This document shows positions 62,330 to 64,000 of a stretch of 64,000 nt of DNA, one piece after another. Positions within the stretch are counted from its first letter, which is position 1, and each line of letters begins with the position of its first letter. The stretch spans positions 228,506 to 292,505 of the forward strand of contig NIVC01000288.1 of NCBI GenBank assembly GCA_002269645.1. The letters are read 5' to 3'. A program made the position numbers and the translations under genes. The DNA is from Macrostomum lignano (taxonomy: Eukaryota). The notes under the pieces are model-generated. The model saw only the letters and a program-made list of their open reading frames with translations. It searched no databases and had not been told where the DNA came from.

Positions 62330-62860
62330 GACACCCCGTTGGAGCTCAGCGAGTGCGGCCTTGCACCTTGTTAAGAGCTTCAATAACCCCTTTTCCAAAT
62401 AAAAACGGCAGGGAAGATGGCTGGTCTCACAATGGCAAGTGTAAATCCATCAAATCAGGGGGTGAGGCCCCAGGTGGCACCGAAAGCTCTGTGGATCTGC
62501 ACTAGAGTCACGAAAGCTTTGCGGGCTTAGTTTGGACATGTGGGGTCCAGCGCAACCTAATGGTCAATGGTGACGCCCAGACATCTGGTTTGTTTCTCTA
62601 TGTCAACGGGTTTGCCTCAGATGGAGAGCGGTTCCATCCTCTAGTATCATTAGCTGGTGAGCATGATAGCCACGGTTTAGACTCGAGCAGGGAGCGTGAG
62701 ACCGCAGCTGAGTGCCCAGCGTTCGGCAAGGTGGATGAACCGAGGGTGATGGTCCACGTGTAGCCGATTTCCTGAACCGGATCCGGAAGCGGGCTGCTGA
62801 GCAACTCGTTCATGACCAAGTTCCAGAGAATCGGGCTGAAGGGCCAGATTTGGCTTTCCT
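62330..62860 (-). mobile_element. Degraded non-LTR retrotransposon RT fragment (R1/Loa-like)
   Basis: FSPILWNLVMNELL, RCLGVTIDH, AFGATWGLTP and AIVRPA in broken frames. Confidence 0.7.
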
Positions 62861-63479
62861 GGTTTCAAATTTTAAGTCGCGTCTTGATAAGCGGCCAGCT
62901 CAGCTAGGTCGAGAGACATTCCAAAAATTTTTTTCTCATTTCTGGACTGCATGCATGCTACTGGGAGTAGAACCTTTGCAGATTTTGAGATCAGGACGAC
63001 TGCAACTATTCTGGAATATCATTGCAAGTATTTGACAATTTGCAGTCAAGCCATCGATGAAAACAAATGTTTCTATTTGTTTAAGTTTTCTAAATCGAAA
63101 GTGCACTGCTGGATAAAAAGCACAAGCGATATTAGTGATAAACAGGAATATTGGCAACATCAGCAACTCGTTTGCTAGGAGCTAAATCCTTTTTCAATTC
63201 GGATTGGAAATGTGTATTCTTCGGAAACAGAAAAGGTTTTCTGCACACAAAATGTGTCAAACATTTTTCAGAAAAAGTTCCAATTTGTCGAAATGGTGGA
63301 ATTACGAAGTACTTATATCAATAATTGCCTACTCGGAATGTCAACTACTCGTAGTTCAGCTCAGCGAAAAGTTTGATTACTTAATTAAAGCTTAGCTCAA
63401 AGTCTGAATTCGTATCGTAATCGATCATTGCCTTGTCACTTACTCGCTCATTAATACACTCACTGAATCACTCAACCAG

Positions 63480-63880
63480 TCAAGGAAAGTAAATCCCGTA
63501 TGCCTCGAACTCGCACAGCGTGAGAGCATCGCTACGGCGACTCTGGACTCGAATGCTAGATCCGGCCATCTGGCAGGTGAAGTTGCCAACAAAGAACGGC
63601 ACCGACACGTTGACGCTGTGGCATTGGACGCCGTCCACAAGCAGCTCAAAGTTGTTCAACCGATTTGAGGCTTTCTGCCTGTTGTAGATGACAACGTGAG
63701 AAACAATGGACTGTCGCAGAAGCTGGGCCTCCCACCACTGGTTCGGGATTCCTCCATCAGTATGGGTGCATGAACCAGAGCTCCATGCTTGGTTGGTGTT
63801 GTTATCGATAGCTCTGGTGCAGACGCCGCCGAAAGCAACGGAACTCTGAGTGCAGCTCGTCAAGCTCAGCTTCTGTTCGT
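63480..63880 (-). CDS. F-type lectin exon 2 of copy 6 (exon 1 expected beyond window end), variant binding motif
   Basis: AG acceptor at 63882-63881, phase 1, open to TGA 63480; AIDNN, H-x27-RQKASNR. Confidence 0.85.
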
Positions 63881-64000
63881 CTGCAAAAGGATGGCATCAT
63901 ATAAATTGAAGAGCACTGCACCGATTACATATTTCATGCCTAGCCAGCAAGGCCAAAACCCAAGCAAAACATTGGACTTCTAAACCAGAATACATGTATA

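Overview
This is eukaryotic (invertebrate-type) genomic DNA with short GC-rich exons in AT-rich, satellite- and retroelement-laden introns; a flatworm-like source is only an inference from sequence style. Three gene systems can be assembled with phase-consistent GT-AG splicing. (1) The 5' four exons of a sidekick-type Ig adhesion gene on the minus strand (23111->8032; it continues out of the window). (2) A complete 7-exon gene (36782->32069, 486 aa) encoding signal peptide + CAP/PR-1 + Cys hinge + two EGF-like modules + an unassigned, possibly SEA-like domain + a hydrophobic GPI-type tail. (3) A dispersed mixed-orientation cluster (28.9-63.9 kb) of at least six two-exon genes plus one remnant, encoding secreted PAN/apple-like + F-type (fucose-binding) lectin proteins. 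Cluster (3) is the standout: the scaffold is near-identical between copies while the ligand-surrounding loops are hypervariable, copies look like recombinant mosaics, one copy has a rewired sugar-binding motif, two are disrupted by single-base lesions, and four have an RFX X-box-like motif just upstream. Also present: a non-autonomous P-superfamily DNA transposon with a THAP remnant, two LINE relics lacking the RT core, a tRNA-derived SINE family whose internal hairpin also forms a 54-bp tandem array, a Penelope-type minimal hammerhead motif, MITEs and many satellites. No CRISPR, rRNA or intact tRNA was seen. The long ORFs at 10, 35, 38, 41-43 and 58 kb are repeat artefacts. All domain calls are by-eye recognition, not database searches.
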